Source: Eukaryota sp. TZLM1-RC (Eukaryota > Protista > Metamonada: BaSk clade). Taken from it: a stretch of DNA of 64,000 nt. Shown here one piece after another: positions 36,541-49,036 of the stretch. The stretch is taken from positions 272,501 through 336,500 of the forward strand of contig JAUPSS010000007.1 in NCBI GenBank assembly GCA_040285825.1. The letters run 5' to 3'. Each line of letters begins with the position of its first letter. The stretch's first letter is position 1. The notes beneath the pieces are model-generated. The model did not search any database. It worked only from the letters and a program-made list of their open reading frames with translations, and was not told the origin of the DNA. Made by a program: the position numbers and the translations under genes.

Positions 36541-37090
36541 TCAACACTGTAGGAGTTCAATCAATGAAAAATTTGGACGATTTGTTGGGTCAAAATGGAC
36601 AAGCATAAGGTTCAACAAACTACGAAACAGAGAAATGGGCAGTTTATTAACACAGTTGAAATAATCAGAGTAAATTTCACAAGAATCTAAATAAAGACTT
36701 GATGACGTGACATCACATGATAACTGTAAATACAATACTAATAGCTAAATAGGTCCAAGAGCCAACAGATCTTCAGGATTGATACAGTACACCAACAATT
36801 TGATCAGTGATTATGGTCAGAAGTTTCTACCTATGAAGAGTTCTATAGAAACGGAAAATAGACTTATATTGACCACCTCCATGAGGCACCTCATCCAGTG
36901 CCTGAGGAAACACATGTTGAATTTTCAACATCGTTTCACAGTACAAGCAAGGAAATACTCGACTTTCTCAACAGCAATCCCAACATTTCATTATAGATTT
37001 AAATTGATGGTCAGCGGGCAAGGATTGTGAATGACCTTCAGGATTTTTCCTCAAGTTCCAAAACTAAGTGAACTTGAGGCTGGGTAGGCT
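36541..37090 (-). pseudogene. Possible protein-kinase relic
   Basis: Fragments resembling the glycine loop (FGT*GKILKV), D..ALG and C-lobe ..LLNLML..DPTNRP; many stops. Confidence 0.35.
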
Positions 37091-37419
37091 TTAATCTATA
37101 CAAACAATAACTAAAAATAACGTTCTTGACTAGAATAGTCTTGACTACTGATCCAATCATTTCTGAAAATCATTGAGTTAAGAAAGTATGAAATTGAATT
37201 GCGAATTGTTGAACTGATTTACCATTTACCAAAATTAATAATGTGCTTCAACTGTCACGTAGAAAATTTATGATATAACATAATCAATTCACTTAATTTA
37301 GCTTTCCTCGTTTTGAATAATTTTTTTTGTTACCTGAATTCATTTGAAACACAATATGTGGTTGTGATAACACTTTTCTCAAAAACTTTCTATTTACATA
37401 AAACACAACATAATTCCAT

Positions 37420-38505
37420 CTAATCTAAAATTCGTAACACAACCCTTCCATTTAAGGTAAAAGAAGCCGTTTTTGATGAAGTCCAACTTTGGGTTTCCTT
37501 CTGTTTTGTCCTCTGGTTGGTAACGGTCAATTCACCAGGGACAATATCGATGGCAATAATGTCACCTTCACTACATGCCATGTACCCCTCCCTGGTTGAA
37601 TCAGGATATCCAAATGAACATAAGGTGATGTTGAGTGAAGTTCTGCGCCTAGCTGGTGTAGAGGTTGTGGAAGGTGCAGAAGGTGCAGAATATGTAGAAG
37701 GTGGATGAGGGTTTGCCGCAACTTTTTTGGGTCTAGGCTGCCGAATTGCTGTGGATTGTAAATTGTTGGTGAATACCATAGTCATATTGCCTCGAATCAT
37801 ATCAAATATAAATTTTGCATGTAAGACATTTTCACTATCAGGTGATTGAGTATTGTAGATGTAATTATACTTATTTTCACTTGTCATGCTCACGAAAACC
37901 TTGCCGTCATCCATAACGGAACTGTTCGAACTACTAGATCTATTGAAGCAAATGTTGCTACGACCATTTGTGAATAAATAGGATGAATCTTGTAGTTGAT
38001 CACTTATATTGAGCAAAAAGGCTTGAATACTGTCAGCAAGAGGTTGAGATGACTTTTCTCCCCGGACACGAGCTAGCAGATCGTGATCATTGTTGTTAGA
38101 AACTGTCTGAAAGAAAGTTCTTCGCAATTCTTTAGATTTCAGCATTATTTGTGGAATGAGCAATTCTGTACACGGATCCATGACAGCATCCAGATCAAAA
38201 TAATGGGCCCATCTGTAAACCATGATTACGTTGTCCTTGTTAATATCAACTTCTTTACAGTAGAGCAGTTTGAGGAAGGTAACAAGACTGTCAGTTGAAT
38301 AAGGATGGTCTGATAGATCCACTTCACGGGTCTGAGATTCTGTCATTCCGTGTTTGAACCACCCACGGAAGACATCCGACCAGAGAACAAGAACTTTTTC
38401 ATGAACTGGAATTCTCTCGTCTCCATGAATGATGGTGAAATCTGAGGTACGGTCGCCCCAAAGGTTAGAGGAGATAGTTGTTGGAGAGATCTGAAAGGAT
38501 GTCAT
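37420..38505 (-). CDS. Intact BTB/POZ-domain protein with beta-rich (SPRY-like) C-terminus
   Basis: 361-aa ORF: SDFTIIHGDERIPVHEKVL BTB, BACK-like helices, and EGDIIAIDIVPGELTVTN. Confidence 0.88.
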   Translation of the reverse strand: MTSFQISPTTISSNLWGDRTSDFTIIHGDERIPVHEKVLVLWSDVFRGWFKHGMTESQTREVDLSDHPYSTDSLVTFLKLLYCKEVDINKDNVIMVYRWAHYFDLDAVMDPCTELLIPQIMLKSKELRRTFFQTVSNNNDHDLLARVRGEKSSQPLADSIQAFLLNISDQLQDSSYLFTNGRSNICFNRSSSSNSSVMDDGKVFVSMTSENKYNYIYNTQSPDSENVLHAKFIFDMIRGNMTMVFTNNLQSTAIRQPRPKKVAANPHPPSTYSAPSAPSTTSTPARRRTSLNITLCSFGYPDSTREGYMACSEGDIIAIDIVPGELTVTNQRTKQKETQSWTSSKTASFTLNGRVVLRILD

Positions 38506-39611
38506 TATGAAAATTCTAAAAAATTACTCTTTATAATTCATCAACCAAAAATCATTGGAAGGGTTTCAATATTGAACTGACAAGTCAATGCTTGAACAAC
38601 ATGATAACAAGATGACTCGCTCGGGGACATGTCAGATCCAGCTAACTCCAATTGAATTCAATAAAGTGTAATACCGATTTGATTCTGTTGTTCTGTTGTT
38701 CTGTTCCATCATCTGTTTCTTTCATCAAATTTCAACAATTTTTCGTATTATGTTGCATATTATTGAATTACTGAGTGGACAATTGGTGAGAATAGAAAAA
38801 CTTATTAGTTAATTGAAACAACTTCCCTTCACCAGTTTTTCCAACACATTATCTATTCAAATTCAATTAAACTTGTGATAAAAAATTGTTTCCGCTGTCT
38901 GTTACACCCGAAGATATGTTTAGGAATGTTAATTCAGTGGATAAAAACATTGTTTAAGAGCTCAAAATTGGACGATATAGGTATTTCTGCTTTTTGAACA
39001 AGATTAATCGGTTTCTAATGTTGTGAAAAAAGAAGGAAGAAATTGTTAATGTTTACAGAAAAGTCAGGGAATTACTGATTCTTGATTGTAATTGTAACTC
39101 CTGTAAAATAACAAAATGGCGCGAATAGAGGTAGCGAACATTGATGTGTTTACCTATTAATACCATAATAAGTGGACAATTTTTGATCAAGTAGATTAAA
39201 ACTATTTCACAGAATTTATCAAGTCAATATAGCGCATTTTAATTCCGAGGAGTTTTGAACAGTTCGTTTCCTTTAATATCAATTTTTTATTTCATCGAAA
39301 ATCCAACAAAAAGAACTTCGGATTTCAGTTAAAGGCAAAGGAATCTGTTTCCTGCAAAAAGTATTCAGAAGTCAGATTTAGACGAATGTAGTCACATTAT
39401 GGCTGACGGTTTACCTTCCATTAACAACCCAATTATTCCTCTTTTTCAATCAGTTCTTCATCAACGGGGCCTTTTTTTCCAAAAGAAAAACAGCAGGGAG
39501 ACTCAAGTAAGTCAAGTTTCTGTAACAAAAAGAACTATTTTAGACTGATGAGCACCCTTTTACCATAAATTATTCTTTAAATAGACCATAAAAGTTTTCT
39601 GTATCTTACAT

Positions 39612-42600
39612 TTTTTTTTTCTTCCTCTACATATAACCGTTTAACTTAAAACCTGGCTGAACCGAGATCATTGCTTCTATTCTTTCTTGTTGATGTCTGA
39701 ATCAGTTTCTGATTCTAATGGAGTCAAAAGAAAGAACGATAGTCAACAAGATGCTCAAGACGTCCTTTCCACCTCTCCTCCTCAACCTCTTCTCTCTTCA
39801 TTTTTGGACAAAAAAAATTCTGATCAAGAATTTTTAGACAATCACGATGAAAAAAAAGTTTGTTCAAAAACAAAGCCACGCTCCTACAGATGCTCAAAGT
39901 GTCGACAACAGGGACATAATGCTCGAACATGCCCCAATGTTGGAAAAAAATGATGCGGCAAATTCTGAAACAAAATGTAAAAGAAAATTTATTAGAAGGA
40001 AAGAGTCTAAGGTAGAACCCATAAATAATGCTCCACAAGTTGTTGCAAAACCAGTTAGCAATCGATTGAAGCACAAAACTTGCAACACTTGTGGTATTTC
40101 TTTTAGAAAAAATGCAAAGGAAAAACTTCTGATCGCTGCTTGAAATGCCGCATAGTTGATAACTACCATCCTCCTATAAGAATACCTCAAGAAATTCATC
40201 CGACCAAATGCAATGAATTTGCTTTCGTTTTTCAAAGATTTTTGGATCAATTATGTAAAGGAAAGTATGCTATCAATATTATTTGGGAATTTTTTGGTTC
40301 TTTTTGTCCTCCTTTTGAACAAAATTTCGTTAATATTTCCGAAGATTTAACCAATATAGCACCGAGAAATCAGTCATCCGAGAAATTAAGTAAAATTTTT
40401 GAAGACAAATGCTTTGACAACAAATGGTCCAAGGCTTTGTCAGCTTTAAGTCCTGGAGTCAAAGCACCGAACAATGAAAATACAGTAGATAAACTGAAAA
40501 TACTTCATCCTTATGAAGACCCTGTTATGGATCAAAATTTTTACGGCACATACTGGGAAAATTATCCATTGATGCCATCAGAAGTTTTTTCGGTTATCAA
40601 AAAGAGACCTCGTGGTAAGTCTGCCGGACTTTCTGGTATTACTATTGATCATGTAAAAGCCGCGATTATTTCTTCAGAAGATTGCCTTGGTTTATTGACC
40701 AAATTTTTCAACCAAATATTATCTGGTCAACGCAAGTACCCAGAAGAATTGAGAAGTTCTCGTTTGACTGCACTTGTCAAAAATTCAAAAATGGATGTTC
40801 GTCCTATTGCAGTCTCTGAGAGCTTACATAATATTTTTTCTGCGTGTTGCTTAAGCAGGTTCAATGAAAAAGCTAAAAAGATTTTATTACCCTTTCAATA
40901 TGGTATAAATACTACAGATGGAGTCTCTTCAGCGATTTTTGCTACTGATGTCTTATTTCGTCAAAATGAATCCAATGTGTGCATGTCATTGGATTTTAGT
41001 AATGCTTTCAATTCGCTAAGTCGTCGCAGTATCCATGGTGCTCTATTGCAATATATGCCAGAATTAATACCATATTTTCAATCAACATATTGCACATATT
41101 CTAATATACATTTTGGTAACAACATTTTGATTTCATCAAGTGGCGTAAAGCAAGGAGATCCGTTAGGACCTCTTTTGTTTTGTTTGGCCATTCATCCTAT
41201 TCTACTGCAAATTCAAGAGATGTTTCCTTCACTAAAAATGATTGCATATATAGATGATGTTGTGCTTATTGGTGAATTAAATATTGTGAAAAAAGCAACT
41301 GTATGTTTTAAAGAATTATTTACCAAAATTGGTCTCCGACTTAATTTACTTAAATGTGTTTTGTTATCGAATTCTCCAGTTTCCACAATAATTGTTGATA
41401 TTGAAATTCAAGCCAAATTATATTCAATTGATGCTATTCGTCATTTGGGTTCGTTTTTAGGAAATAATGATGAAATTACCAAAAAATTGTTTGAAAAGTT
41501 GAACTCAATTTCTGACAAAATTGACCGAATGATGAATTTAGATATAAAAAAACACATCAAATTTACCATTATAAGACTGTGTTTTAGTTCCAATTTTAAT
41601 CATATATTTCGATCTACAAATCCTCTCGTCACTAGATCTTTGGCTCAAAAGTTTAATGAGTTACGTGCAAAAGTTCTGTCTCAATTACTGGGATGTAAAA
41701 TGTTTCAAATTCCAGATCATGCCTACCTTAGTCCACAATATGGTGGTTTAGGGTGGACGAAGGCTTCTATTCTTACCTCGTGTGCTTTTGTTGGTGGATG
41801 CAGAAATGCAATCTTTGAGTTCTCCGAAAGATTTGCAGATTGGGAAGATTTATTGATGACAACGCAAAGTTCCACTGTTTTTGCATTAAATGAAGAAATT
41901 TCAAGAATTGATGTAGAAAAATGGGGTCGATGTTTTCCCCAATCATTCAATGGCAATATTCCAGAAAAAAATGTTTTAAATTTGAAGTACACTCTTCGAA
42001 CATTACAGAAAAGATTGACTGGAATGCATGAAAAAGATCTTTATAATAATATTTGCAGCTCGGCTGTTTTAAATCAAGATCTTCACTCATTGTTATTGGA
42101 AAAGGGTGTTTGTGAAAACAAGGTGTCAGATTCTTCACTTTTTGTAACCATTGTACCACGAAGATTTGGATTGTGTGCTACTAATGAAGCATTTGTAACA
42201 AAAATGAGATTATATTTGAACATCCCCATTAACCAATTATTATCAAAAGAAAAATGTATTTGTTCGAATTCACCTCAACTCACTTTGCGCCATGCTCTAA
42301 ATTGCTCTAAATTGATAACTTATCGTTCTTCATTACATGATGCTGTTAGAGACACTGTTTTCAATATGGCACAAACTGCAAGGATATCGTGTATCAAAGA
42401 GCCCCTGCTGAAAGAAACACTTTCTCTGAATAATTTTGGTTCTGATGATAGAGGTGATGTATACTGTGATTGGATTGATAATTCTGAAGCTATTGTTGAC
42501 TTTTGTCTCATGTAATGTTGCAAACGATACTTTGGTTCACAGAAGAAAACTTAATCCTGTGGCTGCTCTGGATTTTAAAGCAAAAGAAAAACATAGAAAA

Positions 42601-42951
42601 TATGATAAAGAAATTGAAGATGCAAATATCGATAGAAATACACAGCTGGTTTTTATTGCTTTTCCATTTTCGATAAATGGAAGATTATCAGTTGAAGCAG
42701 AAACTTTTTTTGGATGACTTCCAAAAAATGGTGAAAGAAAAAACAATGAAAAGATTTGATATTTTTTTATGGCGTTCACGGATTCAATTTGCCATTATTA
42801 ATAGATTACCGCGGTTTTTCAATCGAATTAGAGAAGCTTTAGCTAGACAGCAAGCAAATCAAGATTTTGTAGAGGAAATCTTGGTTTAATGATAGTCGTC
42901 CCATTAGTTATGATTTAATTTAATCAAGTGTGCAAATTCAATAAATTAATA
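39612..42951 (+). mobile_element. Full-length family-B non-LTR retrotransposon (copy B2), inverted relative to B1
   Basis: ATG 39693 to stop 42889 with four homopolymer indels. RT reads YIDD. TSD ATCTTACAT at 39603-39611 / 42952-42960. Starts with a T-run. Confidence 0.95.
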
Positions 42952-43589
42952 ATCTTACATGAAAAATAAATATTCTACTGAAAACTATTTTGTGTGGCTA
43001 AACATACAAAATCTTTCCTTAATGCATCATGAAATTGTGATTGGAAAGGAACAAAAAGGACCGTGAAACAGGGCACACAATTGCTTGTTGATAAGTGTCG
43101 GTATTCAAATTAATTTTACATTAATGGAACAAATAGTAAGGGATGTACTACCCCAATAATACTGAAATAAATCACTATTCAATAAATATTCAATATTCAT
43201 TAAATATTGTGTAGGTCTTTTCGCTGACAAAAACTAATAGGTCCTCCAATGTCACAGTGTTTGACAAAAATGCTGACAATTTAGAAAATCTAAAAATATG
43301 AACTCAAAAGTAGACATATTCCATTACTGATTTGATTTGAGAACCACTGCATTTCAGAGATTCTTATTTTTCCCAGGTGGATTACCTACATTGCGAATAT
43401 CAGGACACTTGATGAGGTATGGGATTGGTCTAGGTAATCTTTTGCTAAAAACTGGTTTAAAGCAATTCAAAAGTTGTAAATCATGTACCTCAATACACTG
43501 TGTTTTAAAAAGTACAACAATGATTAAATCTTTTTTTAAACACTTTTTAATTTATTACTTTCAAAAAGCTGAACACAAAGATTGAAATT

Positions 43590-44145
43590 CTAAATTTTTA
43601 CAATGCTGCTCGTGATTGCATTTACGATTTGCTAGAATGTGCTCATCACTCAGTCCGTTTAGAACCACTGTTTGATGAATTAAATTTCAGTTTGAGGCAA
43701 AAGCGAGGTGACATTCAATTTGCTCAGTATGATGGAACCGAACTATTAATCGATTGTACCACCATATCTCCATGGAAAAGGAGTTTAAATTCTGATATTC
43801 AACATTTACTTGAAGTTGCAGAACATTCCAAGAAATCAAATTACGAAGTTCTTCTTCAACGTCTTAATCGAACAAGAGGTAGAAACATCAGATTTGTCCA
43901 ATTGCTACATCATTTCTTGGTACCATTGGAAGTGAAGGTCTTCATTTTTTAGATGATTTAGGGGAACTTCTCAAAGAAAGTGGTCACACATTTGATTTGC
44001 TGATTGGGAAGAACAGAATCGTATTTTCGTTATTTAATGCTCTTCCTCGTTATATTAACTTCATTTTAAATAACATTACGGACTTATATAACGATCAGGT
44101 TGCTATACATGTGAATAGCGAAAATCTCCCGTTATTTAGTTGATG
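43590..44145 (+). mobile_element. Endonuclease-domain 3' fragment of a further non-LTR family
   Basis: ARD..Y..L....LEPLF...KRGDI...DGTELLIDCT...AE.SK...Y, then .KNRIVFSLF. Confidence 0.65.
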
Positions 44146-44169
44146 GGGTTCGTAGTAGAAAAAGTATAT

Positions 44170-44330
44170 GTTAAGGTTTGTTGTTGAGTTGTAAAGTGTG
44201 ACAGTTCCAGGAATAAAATCTTCATATCCCAAGTCAACCAAAAAAAATTGACTGGAAGTTTTTCCTTCATAATAGTGATCAATAGATAACAAAGCAGAAC
44301 AAAATAACGGAACAACACCTTTAAAAAATA
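44170..44330 (-). mobile_element. 3'-terminal family-D fragment
   Basis: IFKG...GKTSSQFFLVDLGYEDF matches the end of ORF 19438-19971. Confidence 0.6.
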
Positions 44331-44483
44331 ATTAAATGATGAAACCTATTGTACTAGCTTAGGCTGAAAAACCAAACAAAAGGACAATAAAGACAATATT
44401 TATCGAAAGCTATCCTTAAAGCAGCATAACTTGACAAAAATAGACTAAATACACAAATACAAAAGCTAAAAACACAATGTAAA

Positions 44484-45167
44484 TCACCTTTTAGCACGTT
44501 TTAGCTTCAAAGCCGACCTTTTCCTGGCCACTACCTTAGAACCACCTGACCTAGGAGGAGCTACAAGACCAGCCATAGCGGGTGGAGGTCTAGCGAAATA
44601 AGACTTGCGGGACCCACTGGGCATCTGTTGGGTAGTGAGTTCAGATACTGTCGGCCGGGTGGGTTGGTGTTCCTCTTCAAAGTCATCTTCGTCTTCTTGG
44701 AACATGGAATGTGTCCATTGATCCTTGAGCTTAGAACAAATGTCCTTGTTGTCAGCAGTCTCATCAGGATGATCACCGAGGTAGGCAACAAAAGCACCGA
44801 TGTTACTATTCTCCAGAGTATCACTAGAAACATTCTCAAAGGAGAGAAGCATCCGGAGAATCTCAGTTCGGACTTTGAGAGAACTGAGAGTACCATCAGG
44901 GAGAGGGGCTAACCACCCAGCACATTGGGTAAGGAAACCGTTATCAATGAGGTCACCATGAGCCTCAGAGCGCTGTGCCATGTCTAAGACACGGGGAAGT
45001 AATTTGACCTTGGCAAGTGCAGGAGTTCCAGCCTCGAAAGACTCAGTATCCTTTTCCACGGCTTGCTGCATTTCAGAGAGGAGCCCTTGAATTTCAGTAA
45101 GAGTTAGCTCTGTTTTCTCAAAACGGCCTCTTTTGGGAGGTGCGGAGGAGGACTTGGTTCTTGCCAT
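44484..45167 (-). CDS. IWS1: IWS1/Spn1 transcription elongation factor (TFIIS N-terminal domain)
   Basis: PALAKVKLLPRV, DNGFL...WLAPLPDGTL, L..S.IG, HPDET..NK..C.KL...W are hallmark IWS1 motifs. ATG at 45167. Confidence 0.88.
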   Translation of the reverse strand: MARTKSSSAPPKRGRFEKTELTLTEIQGLLSEMQQAVEKDTESFEAGTPALAKVKLLPRVLDMAQRSEAHGDLIDNGFLTQCAGWLAPLPDGTLSSLKVRTEILRMLLSFENVSSDTLENSNIGAFVAYLGDHPDETADNKDICSKLKDQWTHSMFQEDEDDFEEEHQPTRPTVSELTTQQMPSGSRKSYFARPPPAMAGLVAPPRSGGSKVVARKRSALKLKRAKR

Positions 45168-46198
45168 TATAAGAGGAGTTGTGAGTAGCAAATAACGCTC
45201 ATCTTGTGTAAATTCAGTTAATTTTTTTGAAGTAAATTAATGACCATCCATTCGAATAGTTGGTAGAGCAGCAGTGGAGTGTTTGTCCCACTTTGTCACT
45301 ACTCTTTTCTATAATCAAGTCGTTCTACTTTAGTTCTTTGTCATTTTCAGGATTGTCGGAAATAATATTGATCTGAACAAATGAATAAAACCAATTCAAA
45401 ATTGTTGAGCTTAACCACAAAACAATAGCTACGCTGAAACAAACATTTTCATTGAACATTTTGACTGTTAATAATGTTCGAATATTACATTGAACTACAT
45501 ATATTACATCAAGTATAGTGAAGTTTTACGGAATCACTTTTGATTGTGTTTATTGTACTCTCGAAAAAATGACAAATCAGATGTGAGCATATGTCAGGTA
45601 AACAAGTTTGTTGTAATAAACAGGTTTGTTGTAATGGAAAGTTTGGTTAGTTTATTTTAGTTCCATTAGTTCTTATTTTAAAATACAGTTTAACCAAAAA
45701 GACTCTGAGTCCACCAAATTTCGATTGTTGGATTTTGAATTTAGAAAACTGACACATCAACTGAAACAGAAGCATAGAAAATTCACATCAACCTTAATAG
45801 CGGACAGTTGATTGTCTGATTCGGGATTTGCAGGAAGGGAAAACATTTGGTGTTGATTTGATGTTCAAGAAAATTCATGCGTTATGAGGGGAAACCATAG
45901 AAGGAATTAAAATTGACAAACAACCTTCTCACAAGAGGTTGCTTTCCTCAAAACTTACATGTTCTGTGATCAACGTCTCGTCAATGAGCGACGTGTTGGT
46001 GCATCACCTTGGATCGACATCGCCTACAACATTCTGGTCCGCACAAGACATCACTAACAAAGGCAGATTCTCTGTTGCCTAATACCACTCTCAACTCAAG
46101 TTTTCTGATCAACCCATAATTCAGTCACCTTTTTGGATTTGTCACGTCACCATGACGTCGCCCTCTTATTTTCTTATTTTTTTTACAATTTGTTGTTT

Positions 46199-46717
46199 TT
46201 AATATCCATCAAAAGCAAGTGATTCTTCAACAGTATTGGATGATTCTAACTGTTGAAGTTTGGTACCTGACTGCTTGATCAAATCACCAATCAAATAATG
46301 TAAAATTGATTGGTTTTGATTGAGGGTTCCTCTCACAACAGATTCCACTTCATCCCCTGATTGAACTAGCAAAGGGGTAATAGTGGAAACTCTTGCCTGA
46401 AACTCTTCCATTTGTTTCGCAAACGCTTCCTTGGCTTGTGAGAAGGACACAAGAGCTTCGTGGTGGAGTGAGTGGCCTTGAAGCCAGCCACATGGATCAC
46501 ACAAAGCAACCTTACATTGCCAATGTTGTTGTATCCAAGATCCAATATTTTGACTTGAAATAACTACGTCATGTGGCTCACAGCGTAAAGTAACACCAGA
46601 AAGATGAATGGAATGGACTTTGGGAGGAACATCATTGACCAGGATTGGGTTCTTGGTTTCTTTTTTCAATGTATTACCATTATTTGCTGTGTTGATCCGA
46701 TGTTGATCACAAAACAT
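46199..46717 (-). CDS. B-box-like + coiled-coil protein, copy 2
   Basis: 172-aa near-duplicate of 5626-6144. Confidence 0.5.
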   Translation of the reverse strand: MFCDQHRINTANNGNTLKKETKNPILVNDVPPKVHSIHLSGVTLRCEPHDVVISSQNIGSWIQQHWQCKVALCDPCGWLQGHSLHHEALVSFSQAKEAFAKQMEEFQARVSTITPLLVQSGDEVESVVRGTLNQNQSILHYLIGDLIKQSGTKLQQLESSNTVEESLAFDGY

Positions 46718-47912
46718 GTAAGTTTTAATTTAATAACTGTTTTAGTTTTTTATTTATTTAGATTGTTGTGTTTCCAGGTTTGTTTTCTAATTTTAGGTTT
46801 TGTTACAGTTTTAACTGTTGAAAATAACTTGTAGATTTGGTTATAGATTATTGTGTAGACGATTTAATAAATCTTATCCTCAATTATTATAGTTATTATA
46901 GTTATTATAACACATTCACAGATTCACTAATTTAGCTTTAAAGTATAAAGAATTTTATTGATGAAAACCGGTCTGGTGAACAAAAAAACCTTTACTGTCA
47001 AGGGTTGGGTTTCTTGAAGGAAATAATAGATTTAGACACCACTTTTCTTGATGTCTTGTCAAAGTGTAGCATCTAAAGGTTCAGCGTCGAAACCGTTGAC
47101 GAGGAAATCTTAAGGCAAGGACCATTTGATTGGTGTTTTGGTGGTGGAGTTATTACGCGAAAAACATTACGATGAAATGACTGTAGATAAAGTTCTTGAT
47201 ATTAAGAATGAAAATTAAGGAAAAAGTTTGTTACCGTTTTATAGTATTAAATGAAAAGAAATACTTGAATCATTATCAAAACAATGAGGTGTTTGGTAGT
47301 GTTAACTATCAAGTTTGACCAGTTGGAATTGTTTTCTAAGAAAGAATGCTTTTGCTGAGTGATAAGGTCAGTATTATTACACAAATATATCAAATAAGTT
47401 GTTTCAATTTGGGTAATATTTTTTATTGATGGCAATGATTAAACATGTTTGACAGAAACGTTCTGTTCGATTTTTAATCTCACAATTGTTGTTTAACGAT
47501 TAATGAAAATCAAAAATACACAATATAATCACAAACTGTTTTAATGATGCCACATAATGCAACATATTCAGCTTTTGGGTTATTTTTATTACACTCTAAA
47601 TGTTTTCATGTTGTATGTAATTGTTAGCACAAAGGGTACACTTGATTTCTAAAAATACCATTTTAAATAAGTGCGCCAAGTTTACAGGCGCGCGAAAAAA
47701 AAAATCAACTCTTCCTCCAGACCAAACATTTCCCACTAATGGAAGCAAATGGCAATACTTTGAAAATTAGTATAAATTTCGATTCAATAGCGATTTTTTA
47801 TTCGTGCATAAATATATTTTTAATCATTGTAATTTTGGTTGTATATATCAAAACTCTTTTTTGGCATGGTCTTTTCAGAACTCTTGACAATTCAATACCA
47901 TTATTTATGAAT

Positions 47913-49036
47913 TCAACAGATTGAACTACAAATTAAACAAAAATAGTGGTTGCGTGACAATATCTTTATTTCAGACAGCAAACTTCTAAACTTTTGAAGA
48001 TTTCTTACACAGGAACTTTTGTTAGATCCGTTTCTACATCTTGTCAAACATTCATTAAATTTTGACTTTTTTGGTGATGTCAAGTTGTTAATTGTCATAG
48101 TCAGAGTCCTGAGGATCGAATGCAAAGGAGTGAGTTGGTAGTTCGTCATCTTTACAAAAGACAAGAACACTGGAATGCATATTGGTAACATTAACATTAA
48201 CTTGATAGTTTTCGATGATAGTTACACGAGCACGAGAAGAACAATTACAAGCAGCATTTGAAGCAGAACTCATCGAAGAAACAGGGATGATGTTGAAAGC
48301 ATCTTGAGGAACCAATGGTGAAATCTCATTCTCATAGAAAGGTTTGGTGTGGAGTTGGAACAAATATTTGAATCGATCAACAACTGCGAGAAATTGTTCC
48401 TTATTGCTTGTCAATTCAGACGTAACAGTTATTTGTTTGAAAAGATACCCAAGCTCTTTTTGCAGATAGAAATTGCTTTCTAGAGAAAAGGAAGAAATGA
48501 CTACAAAGTATTTTGTAATCCAATGGATATGTTTCACCTCTATGTGATTGATGAGGTAAGAATGACTGATCTTTTTCATTAATAGAGGGAACATAATGGC
48601 TGTTCCAATGAGAGGAAAAGGTTTGCCATCTATAAAGTTTGTATGCAGAATATGGGTCTGTGGATTTGGGAGTCAATTTTTCAAATTCAGAAGGGGCAAA
48701 ATCATAAATAATGGATTGACCAAAATACCCATCTAATCTGAATCCTGATGGAAATTGGTACAATTCTTCGTGTGCATTGTGATTCAGCAATTTTGCCACT
48801 GACAGAAGAAATCGATGGGCTGTCAGAGTGTCTCCTTGACTCAATGAGGGAACGTGCAGCCAAATACCTTTATTGCCGAACATTGTCGGTATGTTTAGAA
48901 TAGAATAAACATGAGAGAATGCTGCCGACCTTTTGGCATCAGGAAGACGGAAAATGTAGTTCTTGAGGACAGAAAACTTACGAGCATTCAGTAGGTCAGA
49001 TAGATCATTGTATTCAGCAGCACTTAGATCGGACAT
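47913..49036 (-). CDS. Hypothetical protein, split by frameshifts/stop (possible pseudogene)
   Basis: Three overlapping same-strand ORFs (206, 168, 94 aa) starting at ATG 49036 with coding-like composition; no motif recognised. Confidence 0.45.

Noticed and set aside
39693-42889. Bacterial RT system (retron, group II intron, DGR)
   Set aside because: Zn-knuckle plus C-terminal restriction-like endonuclease, TSDs, 5' truncations and A tails identify eukaryotic non-LTR retrotransposons.
46718-46935. GTAAGT...CACTAATTTAG intron-like segment implying a plus-strand gene
   Set aside because: The putative exons contain in-frame stops and are codon-aligned antisense to the open B-box ORF.
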